DNA from: Styela clava
Lineage: Eukaryota
Assembly: GCF_964204865.1 (NCBI RefSeq)
Contig: NC_135260.1
Span: forward strand, 7,874,001-7,938,000
Reading direction: 5' to 3'
Length of the DNA stretch: 64,000 bases
Below are positions 50,470 to 63,438 of the stretch, piece after piece. The position numbers were made by a program, and so were the translations under genes. The notes beneath the pieces are model-generated. The model was given only the letters and a program-made list of their open reading frames with translations, was not told the DNA's origin and did no database searches. Each line of letters starts with the position of its first letter. The stretch's first letter is position 1.

Positions 50470-50945
50470 AGGATATACAGGTGTTTAATATCTTACTTAT
50501 ACTTTTCAACACCTCCTTAGAATAACTGAACTAATAATAACTGAAAAAAACTATGGAAAGGCTACTCAACGCAAAAGCGAGCAGTAGTAGTACATCTGAT
50601 ATTCATCCGACCACTGGGGATCCACCTACAGCTGACTAGTTTGATTGTTACGCCATGCAGAAGTCTGCGTTCATTGGCCCATGATACCGGAAAAGCAGAG
50701 AAAATAGGACAGATGGTAACACATATTTATTGTAGTAAAAGCGTCTTTTCTGTAAAACGTGCAACTTTTGGAAGTGGGAACAAGGCAATATTTGTTACTA
50801 AATTTCTAAGGAACATTTTAAAATCATTTTCAAATAGTTACCCTATGTGCGCTGCGAAACTTGAAGATAAATGGCCTCGGCTCGCGGCCTACATGGGATG
50901 GGATGGGACAGCACACATTTGTATTTCCCATAGGACACGAAAACC
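50470..50945 (-). repeat. Inverted copy of the 44712 repeat family
   Basis: Matching spurious translations (SKS.FSVKRATFGSGNKA.FV.KFLRNILKSFS) on opposite strands. Confidence 0.7.
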
Positions 50946-51228
50946 GTTTGGTTTTCGGGGAAATGATGGTAAAACATTTCGTTGTGATCTTCGCGTTCAT
51001 ATATTTAAGCATAGCTCAGTTGTTAGTTATAAAAATAGCAAAATTGATCCAGCATTAGCAATATATATACTTCGTGAGGTATCTTTAATAATATGAAGAC
51101 CTTTTCGAGACACCCTAAAACTCTATTTAAGCCCTATCATTATTTTTCCGAAATAGCCTTTTTCCATACGTTTTGGGTTCTGTAGGTGGACAATGAAAGC
51201 GCACTACTAGCTTCACATTGGTTCAAAT

Positions 51229-52347
51229 CAGAGTTGCCATATTGGCTTTTTTACCGCCAAATTAGACATATTTGGCTTTTCGTCAGAATTTCCGTTTGGT
51301 GTTTTAGCTTATTTAAGTCTATTGTAATGTAGATTATTAAGATCATATGAAATACGATATACAGTATATATTTAGTTTGCAACAATAGCCTAACGCTTAG
51401 ATACTTACAGACTCACCATTAGGTTTTCTCACGAGCATCGATTTCTTTGTTTAGTACCCTAACCATAACCAATCAGAAATAGGTTACCAATGACGTAACA
51501 ATTGAAATTTCTGCGGCCGCTCAGACGGATATTCAAGCAGGGTTGAGAAAGTTGACTCGTTTTCATAGTTTTGCGTGATGTTTGCCAATTTTTAGTAATG
51601 TTTCCAAAAAATAGTTGTAAATTAAATAACTTACCGTAATTATCATCATGCTTTCCGAAAAGCTTTAGTTTAATTGCAGTTATCAAAATTTAGTCTCGCG
51701 AACGCTGTGACAAACAGTGCTAAAATTAGCTATTATTACGACAAGCACGTGGTTGGATAATTTTAATAAAAAGTAATGGATTCAAACATGTAAACCTGTT
51801 TAAAATCGCCAGCACTTCAATGCACTTTCAAATAAGCATAATTTTTTTTTTCAATAGTGAAATATAGGAGGAAATTTTTGCGGTATATCTCAAGTTTAAT
51901 TAGAAACATGTAGGTATATCTCATACTAAAGCGGCACCCTGTATTGTATATATTGGATTGTAAAATATTGCTTTCCGCTCAATATTTTTTATATTTGTTT
52001 TTTTTTGAACTTTCTATAATCTATATAGATGTCGGCTCTACTGTATTGTACACTCTGCGTCTGTCATTCAATTCAATTACTTCTTACTTTTATTTAAACC
52101 TTTCATCATGTTGAAGTGAAAATCATCATGATAGCAACCGAAATACAACTTTCAATGAGAAAAGATATTTGTGCGGCTCAGTAAATCAACTGGTGGCTTT
52201 GAATCAGCATATTGCAAACTGTGCAAATCCACTTTTGTGCCAAAGGTTTCAAATCTGACAAATCATAGGGCGTTTGTACTTGATAAAATTGTTGGCTCTT
52301 TTGTCTCTTGCTCTGACCTTTTTGATCGTTGGGATCTGGCAACTTTA
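51229..52347 (+). mobile_element. Degenerate hAT element
   Basis: Termini cagagttgcca / tggcaacttta, imperfect TSD gttcaaat/atccaaat, and zinc-finger relic AYCKLCKSTFVPKVSNLTNH. Confidence 0.6.
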
Positions 52348-52824
52348 ATCCAAATAGCTCAGTCAGAAATATTGAGATCAGTGAACCCTATTAAGACTTT
52401 TCACTACTGAAAATGATTTGATTCGATTCTCATTGAAAATACCATGACACTATCACGAAAAATATATATTTAGAATAATACATTGTCTGGCATTTGTAAT
52501 ACTACCCATTTGGCGTGAAAATGGCCATTGAGGGCCACAGAGCAACGCGTTCCTGAAAATTTCGATCTCGTGAATGCCACCGCGCGAAATCGAAAGCGCA
52601 GATTGTCTAAATATATTATTGTCATACTCGGAACCTCGGCGTTCGCTGCCTTTGTATCTTGGAACAAAACTTCAACAAATATTTTAGCCACCATTTACTG
52701 AATACCGGCTTTTAGGGTTCAAAGATTAAGACCGAGTAAGATGAGGCAAAATTCTCATGCAAAAGAAATATCAATCAATCTGCGAGCTTGACTGCAAGGT
52801 TTTAGGCTACATTGGGATACCATT

Positions 52825-53674
52825 TGTTACATCGAGAATCGCATTCACTTGATTTTTGTATCGACTTAAACATTGCGTCCGTTTAACTTGTGTAGTAATT
52901 TATTTGTTATTGTTGACGCCGTAATTTCCCTTGATTGACATTGTGCTTCCACACACTTTGTTACGAAACAATTGAGAGAGTCTTCGTGGCAATTGCTCGC
53001 CCAGACACGTCTCGCTTAGACAGGGATAGTGTCGGTAATTTGCTTTAGATAGCGCTTTACTTTTGCAGAGAATGGCGCTCGTTTCGTTGTAATTTGTAAA
53101 TAAGTTAAACTTGTTCAGCGACCTTGGCTTTCTGTTTTGACTGTAGGACGATTAAATAATGTAGATTATGGCTGCCCACCTAGGCCTAATTTAGGGATAT
53201 TTTATGAGCATTAAATGGCCTTTTGTGATTGATTTCACAGTTATAGTTTATTTAATTGATTTGTTCGGATTTCATTGACGAATGATTTCATGTTCAACTT
53301 ATGATAATTTAAGCCTGGAATAGCAGACAAATTCGGTATGTTATAATTTGTTACTCTTTCTGATTTGAAGGCTGCAAGTTATTCAATAGTAATTTGGTTC
53401 GACTTAATAAACGATGTTTGATAATTATGTTCATAAATTTGAGTAGGCTTTCTAAAGGCCGAATTGTGTATGATTATTTATTTATTGCAAGTATTTTGTA
53501 TTGATTTGTTTTTACGTTTGTATTAAGATAACCGTGTCAACTGTATACTTCGAGTTGTGTGATTTTCTGGATTGAGGATACAAACTTGGGGCTTGAAAGA
53601 CCGCGTTATTGAACTGTTAATAAATATCTAGTGTGCAGTCGGTGTCGTCCAGGTCACAAAGAACGGCTGTTACA
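52825..53674 (+). repeat. 5' LTR (850 bp)
   Basis: tgttacatcg...ctgttaca; about 9 substitutions and 1 indel versus the 3' LTR by manual count. Confidence 0.95.
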
Positions 53675-53863
53675 TTAAAGTTATCGAATTTCCGCAAATG
53701 AAGTTATCAAATTTATGCAAATAAAGTCATCTGATTTGCATAACAAAAGTATCGTCGAATGCCGGCAGGAGTTCGGTAAATCGTCAAAATTGAAGAAATC
53801 ATCCTAGTGTTGAACATTTAAACTTTTGTGTTGCATGTTTGATGAGCACTGTAATTGTACATT

Positions 53864-56800
53864 ATGGATGCGCAATCTGTTTCGAAATCAAATTTAGAAG
53901 AGTTACGTGCTCGTATGAAGGAATTATATCAAGATGCTGAGAGACTTATGTCAGACTACAAAAATCGAGATTTGTTGAAATTGAAAAGTGCTGACATTGA
54001 CAAACGGTTCACCGAGTATTCAAATGCTCATGAAATTCATGTGAGTACTTTACGTTCTGAAGAAGATCGGAGAAATGTCAGCGAATTTTTCCAGTGTGAT
54101 CTGCGCGAGTTTCAAGAATTTAATGTGCACTTACGTGATTGGTTCAAAAAGAGTGACGCTGATGGTCATAAATCATCGACACATAGCCCTGAAGCACGTT
54201 CTGTAATTTTTGGAAAAAGTTCCCGTCGTTCATGTGCCAATTCAAGTTCGAGTACTAAACGTACAGAAGCTATTGCCATTAGAGAACTTGCTCATGCCAA
54301 TATTTGGCAGCAAGTAGAAAAAGATGCCGCAAAAAAGCGAGAACATGATGCTAAAATGGCAGCGGATGAAATTAGATGCTCAACTTGAAGCTGAAAGACT
54401 AGAGCAAGAAGCGCAAAGACTTAAACATGAAGCTATGGAAAATGCTAGAAGGCTGGAACGCAAAGCTATGGAAAATGCTAGAAAGCAAGAGCAGGAAGCC
54501 CGAATGAAGGCTGAAAAGCTTAAACGTGACGCTGAAATAAGAGCTAGACAAATTGAAGAAGATGCTCAAAGTGGAACAAAGCGTTTGGAATTGCAGCATG
54601 CATATGAATCAGCCTGTATAGCAGCCGATGTATGGGAAAATGCTTCTCAGGGAGGCGAAGGTATGTCATTATATGAAAATATGTCTCGTTCACATTCACC
54701 TAATCAAATCCAAGAGTTGAATAAAATAGTGGTTCCAGTATTAAAGCCTCCTGATGTGAGACCTAAATTGCCAGCATCAGATTTGTTATCACAATCTCGA
54801 GTCAGAATGGAAAATCCTGTACTAAATGTTAGAAGACCTGCTTCTACTGATAATGTGCGAGATGCTGTGAATGTGAATATTCCTGATCAGTATGAATCAG
54901 TGAACCGACCTCCGTACACAGAACCACACATCACACAACAAAGAAACACGTATGATCAATCATCACCGAATGTGGAAAGTTTATTGGGCAATATGGCATC
55001 TATGCTGCAAGACGGAATTGATAGACCTCGACCTGAAATATTGCATTTTAGTGGAATAGAGACTGAATATCTCCGGTTTATCACTAACTTCAACTTAAAT
55101 ATTGATAGAAGAGTACATGATACAAGTACGAAGTTGTCATATTTGGTACAATACTGCGAAGGTGATGCGAGAGAACTGATTATGCACTGTACAATGTTGC
55201 CACCCGATGAAGGTTATAAAGAGGCATGCGATTTGCTCAGAAAGACATACGATCGACCAATGCTTGTGGCTAGAAAATATTCAGAAAAGTTGACTAAAGG
55301 ACCATGGTTGAAACATGGAGACAACGAAGGTTTGTTACGTCTTTCTCAAACGTTAGAAGAATGTTTAGTCACTTTGACACATTTGAAATATTTTGGGGAT
55401 TTGGATAATTTTGATACTATTTTGTCCATCGTATTACGACTTCCTCTCAAGTTGCAGAACAACTGGGAAGAATCAGTGGCAGAATTAGATGGACAAGATA
55501 GAGAAGTGAGATTTAAAGATCTTGTTCGATTTATGAAGAAAAAGGCTGCGGCTGCAAATACGCCTTATGGAAAAGCCTTGAGAGCTCGAAGGGAGCAAGA
55601 ACAGCAATATCGTTTACGATTTCAATCATCGAATAGGCGAAAGATTCACGCTCATTCTACTGCTGTGACTTCAGCTGTTGACAGCAGTGTTATCAGTGCA
55701 AAACATATTGAAAAGGGAAAAGAGGTCTGTCCTGACTGTTTAAAGACGTCACACAAACTTGTTGACTGTTACAAATTCCTGCAGAAGTCACACGGTGACC
55801 GCTTGAAGATTGTTAGAAAGGCAAGATTGTGCGATAATTGTTTTGTATATGGTCATATGTCGAGAAATTGTCGTAAACCACCTGCTTGTACTGTTGACGG
55901 GTGTAGGTTGAAACATAATACTTTATTGCACAGAAAAGAACAAGAGACATGTACCCAGACAGAAAATGCTGCTGGTATGCATGAGTCAAAAGTTGAAGCA
56001 TATGCGACTTCAAAAAGCTCAGCAGGATGTTTTTTGAATATTGTACCTGTCAAGATCTGTGCCAACAGAAGAGAAATAGAAACGTATGCATTTCTAGATG
56101 AAGACTCTACTGCTTGCTTATGCGATGAGCGACTTCTTGATCTATTGAAGTTGAGAGGCAAGAAAACGCAGTTTTCGTTGACAACTGTGAATGCGGTACC
56201 AACATCACAAGATGGTTATGCGGTTGACTTTACTGTAAAATCACTGGATGGTAGAGAACGTGTTGATTTATCTCATGTGCTAACTGTTGATAGACTGCCT
56301 GTTAAAGCTAATGAAGCACAATTTGATGTACAAAGTTATGCACATATGAAGGGATTGAAGATTCCTACTCTGCCGTGTAAAGACGTGATGTTGATGATTG
56401 GGGTAAATGTCCCTAAGGCTTTTTGGACAATGGATGAGAGACGAGGGAAACACAATGAACCTTCGGCGAAGAAATCCATTTTAGGATGGTCATTGGTTGG
56501 ACCAGCTTTATCTCAGGAGAGAAACAGTGATGTTCACATTCATTGCGTTCAAGAGCAAGAGGAAGACTTGCTGAGTCAGTAAATCAAATGTTTGTGGGAA
56601 ATTGATTTTAAAGATGCTTCACTGTCGCCTATTCCATCAATGTCTAAGGAAGACAAATACGCATTGCAATTGATGGAAGATTCAGTTGAGATCGTGGACG
56701 GACATTATCAGTTACCATTGCCATGGAAGCCAGGATGTCCTGATTTGCCAGACAATCGAAGTGTTGCGATGAAACGCTTAAAGTACATTGAACGAAAATT

Positions 56801-59800
56801 GAAGAGTGATCCTGTTTTGGAAAAGAAGTACTGTGATACTATGGAGAAATATATTAGTCTTGGATTTGCAAAACGTATCCCGAATGAATATAAAGTTGGC
56901 CGTAAAGGTGCAGTTTGGTACTTGCCTCATCACCCTGTGTTTTCTGAACAAAAGCCAGGCAAGGTACGCGTTGTCTTTGACGCTGCATCACGTTGTATGA
57001 ATACTTCCTTGAAAGACCAACTATTGAGAGGCCCGGATTCGGCAAATTCTCTACTTGGAACTCTTCTCCGCTTTAGACAACCAGAAATAGCTATTGTGGC
57101 TGACATCGAAGCAATGTTCCATCAGGTGAAAGTGCACCCGAAGGATTGGAATGTATTGCGATTTATGTGGTGGCCTGGAGGTGATTTGTCACAGGATCCA
57201 TCAGAATATTTTATGGTCAGGCACATATTTGGTAGCGTCTCATCTCCATTTTGTGCTAATTGGAGTCTGAAGAAGACAGCTCAAGATCATCAAGATGAAT
57301 TTGACGAAAATGTTGTCAAAGGAGTTGAGCGAAATTTTTATGTTGATGATTACCTGAATGGCTCATCTACTGTAAACCAGGGAATTCATATTGTTCGAGA
57401 AACGAATAAATTGCTGGAGAAAAAAGGATTTCATCTAGCAAAGTGAAAAAGTTCCAATCCTGAAGTTCTGTCTGAGATCCCTGCTAAAGACATAGCAGAC
57501 TCTGCGTCAAGTGTAAATTTAGAACCTGAAAAGATCGATCGAGTACTCGGAATAAAGTGGAATATCCAAGAAGATTGTTTTGGATTTGATGTTAATGTGA
57601 AATCAAAACCCGCAACAAAACGAGGGATTTTGTCTGTACTCAGTTCGATATTTGACCCGATGGGAATAGTGGCACCTGTAATACTAAAGGCAAGGATATT
57701 GATGCAGCAGTTATGTCGAAATAATTATGGATGGGACGATGAAATATCGAATAGTGAAAATTTATTGTGGAACAGATGGCTCGAAGATATTCCTGGGCTT
57801 GAGAATATATTCATGCAAAGATGTTTTGCGCCTTCTGGTTTTGGCAATATTGTGACTCGTCAAATACACCATTTTGCAGATGGCTCTGCAGTTGCCTATG
57901 GGACTGTATCGTATTTGCGACTAATCAATGAAGATGGAAAGATTCATGTTGCGTTTCTTTTAGGAAAAGCTCGACTTGCACCCATCAAAACTGTTTCAAT
58001 ACCACGGCTGGAGTTGACTGCTGCCGCTCTTGCAGTCAAATTAGATTTATTCCTGAGACGTGAATTAGACTTCGAAGAAAAAGAGTCGATGTTTTGGACA
58101 GACTCAACTTCCGTGCTTTTGAGTATTAATAATACATCACGAAGATTTCCAACATTTGTGGCAAATCGACTTGCAAAGATTGAAGAGGGATCGAATGCTT
58201 TGCAGTGGAGATATGTACCTACAGATTTGAATCCGGCAGACGATGCATCCAGAGGGTTGTCGGTACAATCGTTGATGGATGAACGATGGCTGAAGGGACC
58301 ATCATTTCTCCAAGAGCAAGAGGAATATTGGCCTAAACCGCCAGTACAGTTACCTGAGCTTCCTGATAAATTTGTAAGATGCAAGCCACGGGTTGTTGCG
58401 AAATATGTTTCTGAGTTTGCTTTGAAGCCAATGGATAAATTCATTTCATATTTCTCAACATGGTATAAATTGAAAAAGGCAAGTGCATGGATGATTCGAT
58501 TCAAAAAATACCTTCATAAGAAGAAGAAGAATTATAAGTGCAATGAGAAACTTGAAGTTGAAGAATTGCGAGTTGCTGGAGACGACATTTTGAAATACAT
58601 ACAGAGACAAGAATTTGGCGAAGTTATTGATGCCCTGCAGAAAGCCAATCACAGAAGTACATCTGGAAAACAAGTACTTAAGAGATTGAAGATTGCAAAT
58701 TTCCTGCATAAACTCAATCCGATTATGAAAGATGGCTTCATCAAAGTTGGTGGGAGATTGAGAAATGCACCGGTTGATTTTGATGTTAAACATCCGATTA
58801 TACTCCCACATAAACATCATGTAACTGAGATGATTATAAGAGAACATCATGTATCTACACATCATTCTGGTATGGGGAGTACATGGGCTTCTCTGAGACA
58901 ACGATTTTGGATTGTTAAAGGAGGCGCTATGGTGAAATCTGTTATCGGAAAATGCATGTTTTGTCGAAGAAGAAGTTCACCTGTGAGTAAACAGATTATG
59001 GCAGATCTTCCGAAAGAAAGAGTCACACCAGTTGAAAGACCATTTTCGTATGTTGGAGTGGACTACTTTGGACATTTGCTTGTGAAGCAAGGACGAAATA
59101 CTGTCAAGAGGTGGGGCTGTATATTTACATGCATGACAACTCGTGCCGTACACTTGGAAGTTGCATACTCGATGGATGCAGATTCATTCATAAATGCGTT
59201 AAGAAGATTTATTGCACGTAGAAGTAGACCATTCAAGTTCATCTGTGACAACGGTAGTAACTTCGTTGCAGCAAATAAAATCCTACGTTAGGAGATAGAA
59301 ATTTGGAATTCAAGCAAAGTTGGACAATTTTTGCGTCAGGAGAATATTAAATTTCAATTCAATCCACCTACTGCTTCTAATTTTGGAGGATGTTACGAAA
59401 GATTAATTCGATCAGTTCGAAAGATTTTGGTTGCTCTCTTACACGATCAGTTGGTGTCAGATGAAGCTTTGGCTACTATTTTTTGTGAAGTGGAATCACA
59501 GTTGAATTCCAGACCCATCACTCCAATAAGTTTCGATCCGAAAGATGATGAGCCACTCACTCCAAATCACTTGCTGTTACTGAATCCTACAAGTAATTTA
59601 CCTCCTGGCATATTTGACAAAAAAGGACTGTTACACTCGACGAAGATGGCGACAAATTCAGTATTTAGCTGATCAGTTTTGGATCAGATGGACCAAAGAA
59701 TACTTACCCACACTTCAGACACGACAGAAATGGACCTCTAAAGAACGTAATATGGAAGTTGGTGATATTGTGCTACTTGTAGACAATACTATACCCAGGG

Positions 59801-59940
59801 GGAAGTGGCAGACTGGACGTGTTATGGAAACTACACCTGATAAACTTGGAGCTGTGCGTCAAGTTACTGTGAAGACATCCAGGGGTTTATTGAGAAGGCC
59901 AATTGCAAAGCTGTGCTTGATTCATAGAGTTAATGAGTAA
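53864..59940 (+). pseudogene. BEL/Pao gag-pol polyprotein broken by 3 stops and 2 frameshifts
   Basis: Gag knuckles CDNCFVYGHMSRNC and CTVDGCRLKHNTLLH, protease YAFLDEDS, RT WYLPHH/RVVFDA/YVDD, RNase H SIPRLEL/WTDS/NPAD, integrase HHCC, DYFG, CDNGSNF and YERLI. Stops at 56580, 57444 and 59289; frameshifts at ~54330-54385 and ~59620. Confidence 0.92.
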
Positions 59941-60025
59941 AATTTTTTCAAGTGTGTGATATCCTCGATGTAAGAAATTTGTGAGTAAGATGTTTTCACT
60001 GGGTTCCAACATCTGGCTGGGGGAA

Positions 60026-60876
60026 TGTTACATCGAGAATCGCATTCACTTGATTTTTGTATTGACTTAAACATTGCGTCCGTTTAACTTGTGTAGTAAT
60101 TTATTTGTTATTGTTGACGCCGTAATTTCCCTTGATTGACAGTGTGCTTCCACACACTTTGTTACGAAACAATTGAGAGAGTCTTCGTGGCAATTGCTTG
60201 CCCAGACATGTCTCGCTTAGACAGGGATAGTGTCGGTAATTTGCTTTAGATAGCGCTTTACTTTTGCAGAGAATGGCGCTCGTTTCGTTGTAATTTGTAA
60301 ATAAGTTAAACTTGTTCAGCGACCTTGGCTTTCTGTTTTGACTGTAGGACGATTGAATAATGTAGATTATGGCTGCCCACCTAGGCCTAATTTAGGGATA
60401 TTTTATGAGCATTAAATGGCCTTTTGTGATTGATTTTACAGTTATAGTTTATTTAATTAATTTGTTCGGATTTCATTGACGAATGATTTCATGTTCAACT
60501 TATGATAATTTAAGCCTGGAATAGCAGACAAATTCGGTATGTTATAATTTGTTACTCTTTCTGATTTGAAGGCTGCAAGTTATTCAATAGTAATTTGGTT
60601 CGACTTAATAAACGATGTTTGATAATTGTGTGCATAAATTTGAGTAGGCTTTCTAAAGGCCGAATTGTGTATGATTATTTATTTATTGCAAGTATTTTGT
60701 ATTGATTTGTTTTTACGTTTGTATTAAGATTAACCGTGTCAACTGTATACTTCGAGTTGTGTGATTTTCTGGATTGAGGATACAAACTTGGGGCTTGAAA
60801 GACCGCGTTATTGAACTGTTAATAAATATCTAGTGTGCAGTCGGTGTCGTCCAGGTCACAAAGAACGGCTGTTACA
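60026..60876 (+). repeat. 3' LTR (851 bp)
   Basis: Direct repeat of 52825-53674, preceded by the PPT. Confidence 0.95.
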
Positions 60877-62199
60877 CCATTGGTACAAGGGCAGAAGTAT
60901 TTTCTACGTCTACTCTGAAAGGCAGACTTTCAACTGTTTGGACCAAATGTCCAACATTTATATCATTCAGTGACTTGCAGCAAATTAACAGCATAAGAGG
61001 CAATATGTTAGGTGTTCACAATTACCTTTTGAACCAATAAAAAGGAAAAACAGAACATGGTAAAAGTATCAAACAAATTTTCCAACACGGTGTAAATCCC
61101 AATACAAATGCATTCTGGCTGTTGACATCAAGCCTGTCCAATGCCAATATTACTAAGAAATGTATAGCAACATGTTGCCTGTTTGCTGGTGAAGGTTTCA
61201 ACGGTAAAACACATACCGTAATAATATTGGCACAAAGAGACTAGGAATCCATCTGGTGGATCTACCCATTGAAAATACACTAAATTCGAAATCTAGGGGG
61301 CCTGCTGCGGCAGATGTTTTCGGTTGCTGCAGACCAAACCGTGTTGGGGCGCAAAGCCATTATGATTTGAATGAATTTTCCGCGATGGGAAAACGAGATA
61401 TGTGTGATGTTGGTTTTGACGCAATTTTTGACTTAACTAGATTTTATTTTTTGATTTGATAATTTTTTGTTGATTGAAACGATTTAAGTTCATTATTCTT
61501 TTATTCGATATGCGGCGCCCGAGAGCTGCATGATAGCCATTTTTCAGGTGAACCTCTTCCAGTGCCATTTGTTTGTCTCTTATTGTTTCATGTATTTCGA
61601 ATTCAAGAGCAAATCCTGGGGCCGTGAGCCAGAACTCAGAAGTTTAGGTTGTGCACGATGAGGTTGTGAGTGAATAGGCAATGTTGCTGGTTCCCCAGCT
61701 TCAGGTATGGTAATTATCTTGATGAGAGGCTACCGTACGGTACCTTGTACCGGTACCGGTACGGTACCGTCTGACCATACGGGAATAATTTCAAGGTTTA
61801 TATTAATCCCAAGCGCAATATTCTGATAGTACTATCGGACTGGCATGTTGGTTTATGTCAATATGTCGGCATGTTATATTCCAAACTTAGAACTTATTGC
61901 AGTATTGTGACTGCTGGACTGATGTTTGCCCTCTGATTTTGCCTGAACTTGCCTCATACACTGAAACTGATGTTCTTTTAGCAGCTTTATCAGTTTATTG
62001 TGGTACTGTGGTAGAGTATTCCAGTACCGGCATTTAGTAGTCTCTAGTCTGTTTCTGCATTGTAGCATCAGCATAAAAATGCCTATTAATGTATTACGAG
62101 ATTGCTATCATCGTCACAATGCCTTGAATTTAATTTTGAAATGTTGCATGTAAACTGTTTGACATGTTGACGAAATAAAATACTACTACTAGACTACTA

Positions 62200-62654
62200 C
62201 GGCTGATGGACAACTCGACTACACGGACAACTCACCAGAGACAACTCGACGACCTAGAGGCCTGGTGAGTTGTCGTCTTTTGGCATTTTCTACGGTGGTG
62301 TTTTAGGTCTATAGAAATGCGTTTTTGATATTTTTAGTGCTCAAATGTTGAGAAAAATACATAAATATGCTCTAGAAAGCATTTTTATTTGTATGAGTGG
62401 CTTATTTTGATCATGTTGTATGAATACAAATACAGTCTACAGGCGAAATTGGAGGTTAGCGAAGTTAGACTGTTGACTTATAGGACTGTGTTCGTTTAAT
62501 TTTTTGAACTTTATTGGTATTAAATGTTTTGAATGAGCATCTTTAAATATATTAAAAACTTTTCCAAATGCCAAAAGACTGACAACTCACCAGGCCTCTA
62601 GGTCGTCGAGTTGTCTCTGGTGCGTTGTCCGAGTAGTCGAGTTGTTCGCCTCCC
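62200..62654. mobile_element. Fold-back element with ~80-90 bp TIRs inside a (TAC)n tract
   Basis: acaactcgactacacggacaactcaccagagacaactcgacgacctagaggcctggtgagttgtc..tttggcattt is mirrored at 62566-62645, with actacta on both flanks. Confidence 0.8.
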
Positions 62655-63137
62655 ACTACTACTACTACTATAGGCCTAAATATTACTGTATTGCCGGTAA
62701 CATTATTTCTGAAACTATTACAGTATTACTACGTTGTTGCTGTTATTGCAGTATTGTTTAAGACTAACTTATCGGTATAGAATTTATCCCAATTTAACAT
62801 CCTGGCCTCATGCTGATTTGTATATAAGTACCGTACCTTATAAGTTCATTTCCACTCCATACAGCTATACGGTATGGGTAATCAGCGTACAGGCGTAACA
62901 GGCAATAAAATGATTGATAAAAACAAATAAATAAAAACTGATTATGAAATCAGGAGAGCAAAGGCAACCTTAGACAAGGTTTGAAACGTACAGCAGTACA
63001 GAATATAAGATGGAATGTTTTACCAAGAAGAAGTGTTATGTGTTCATCACCTGAAATTAATAAGTTACACACACACACAACCATAGAGAAGTTACAGAGT
63101 AGGAAAACAGCGCAGACTGCCGCTCATTGTCAGATTC

Positions 63138-63438
63138 TGCTAAGCGTTAGGAATACGCTCGCAACTGCACTTCTGATTACTCTATGTGGGTTCGAATCCC
63201 ATGTGGGGAAGGTATGTGCGAGAGGAATGCTGAACTACTCGCCGCTGTAGGGTGGTTCACGTAACCGCTGGACGGTTACCAATTACAGAGTTAACGGCTT
63301 CCTCCATCATCAGGTACATAACAAACTAATCCCATACCCGACATGAAATACCTACTAACCGGACGAGAGACCGTGGTTCGCCTTATGGTTAAGCCTCCTT
63401 ATTGCCTTCCCCCGGGATAAATGTGTAAATCCCATCCT
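63138..63438 (+). mobile_element. tRNA-derived SINE
   Basis: B-box ggttcgaatccc at ~63189. The body is shared with 36373-36626 (minus) and with degenerate pieces in PIPOX introns (~40940-41000, ~41745-41880). Confidence 0.75.

Larger units (their letters stand above)
52825..60876 (+). mobile_element. Full-length BEL/Pao LTR retrotransposon (8052 bp), disabled
   Basis: TG...CA LTRs, 5-bp TSD ccatt on both sides, PPT ggctgggggaa before 60026, and gag-PR-RT-RH-IN order with Pao-type motifs. Confidence 0.97.

Noticed and set aside
50641-51096. 151-aa ORF with a homolog at 44787-44993
   Set aside because: Both fall in copies of a non-coding interspersed repeat.
57944-58901. Antisense ORFs (186 and 148 aa) in the BEL pol region
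   Set aside because: Shadows of the sense-strand coding sequence; no env-like or accessory features.
60877-61245. Long stop-poor frame continuing across the BEL insertion site
   Set aside because: Contains stops and no motif I could recognise; cannot support a disrupted host gene without a search.
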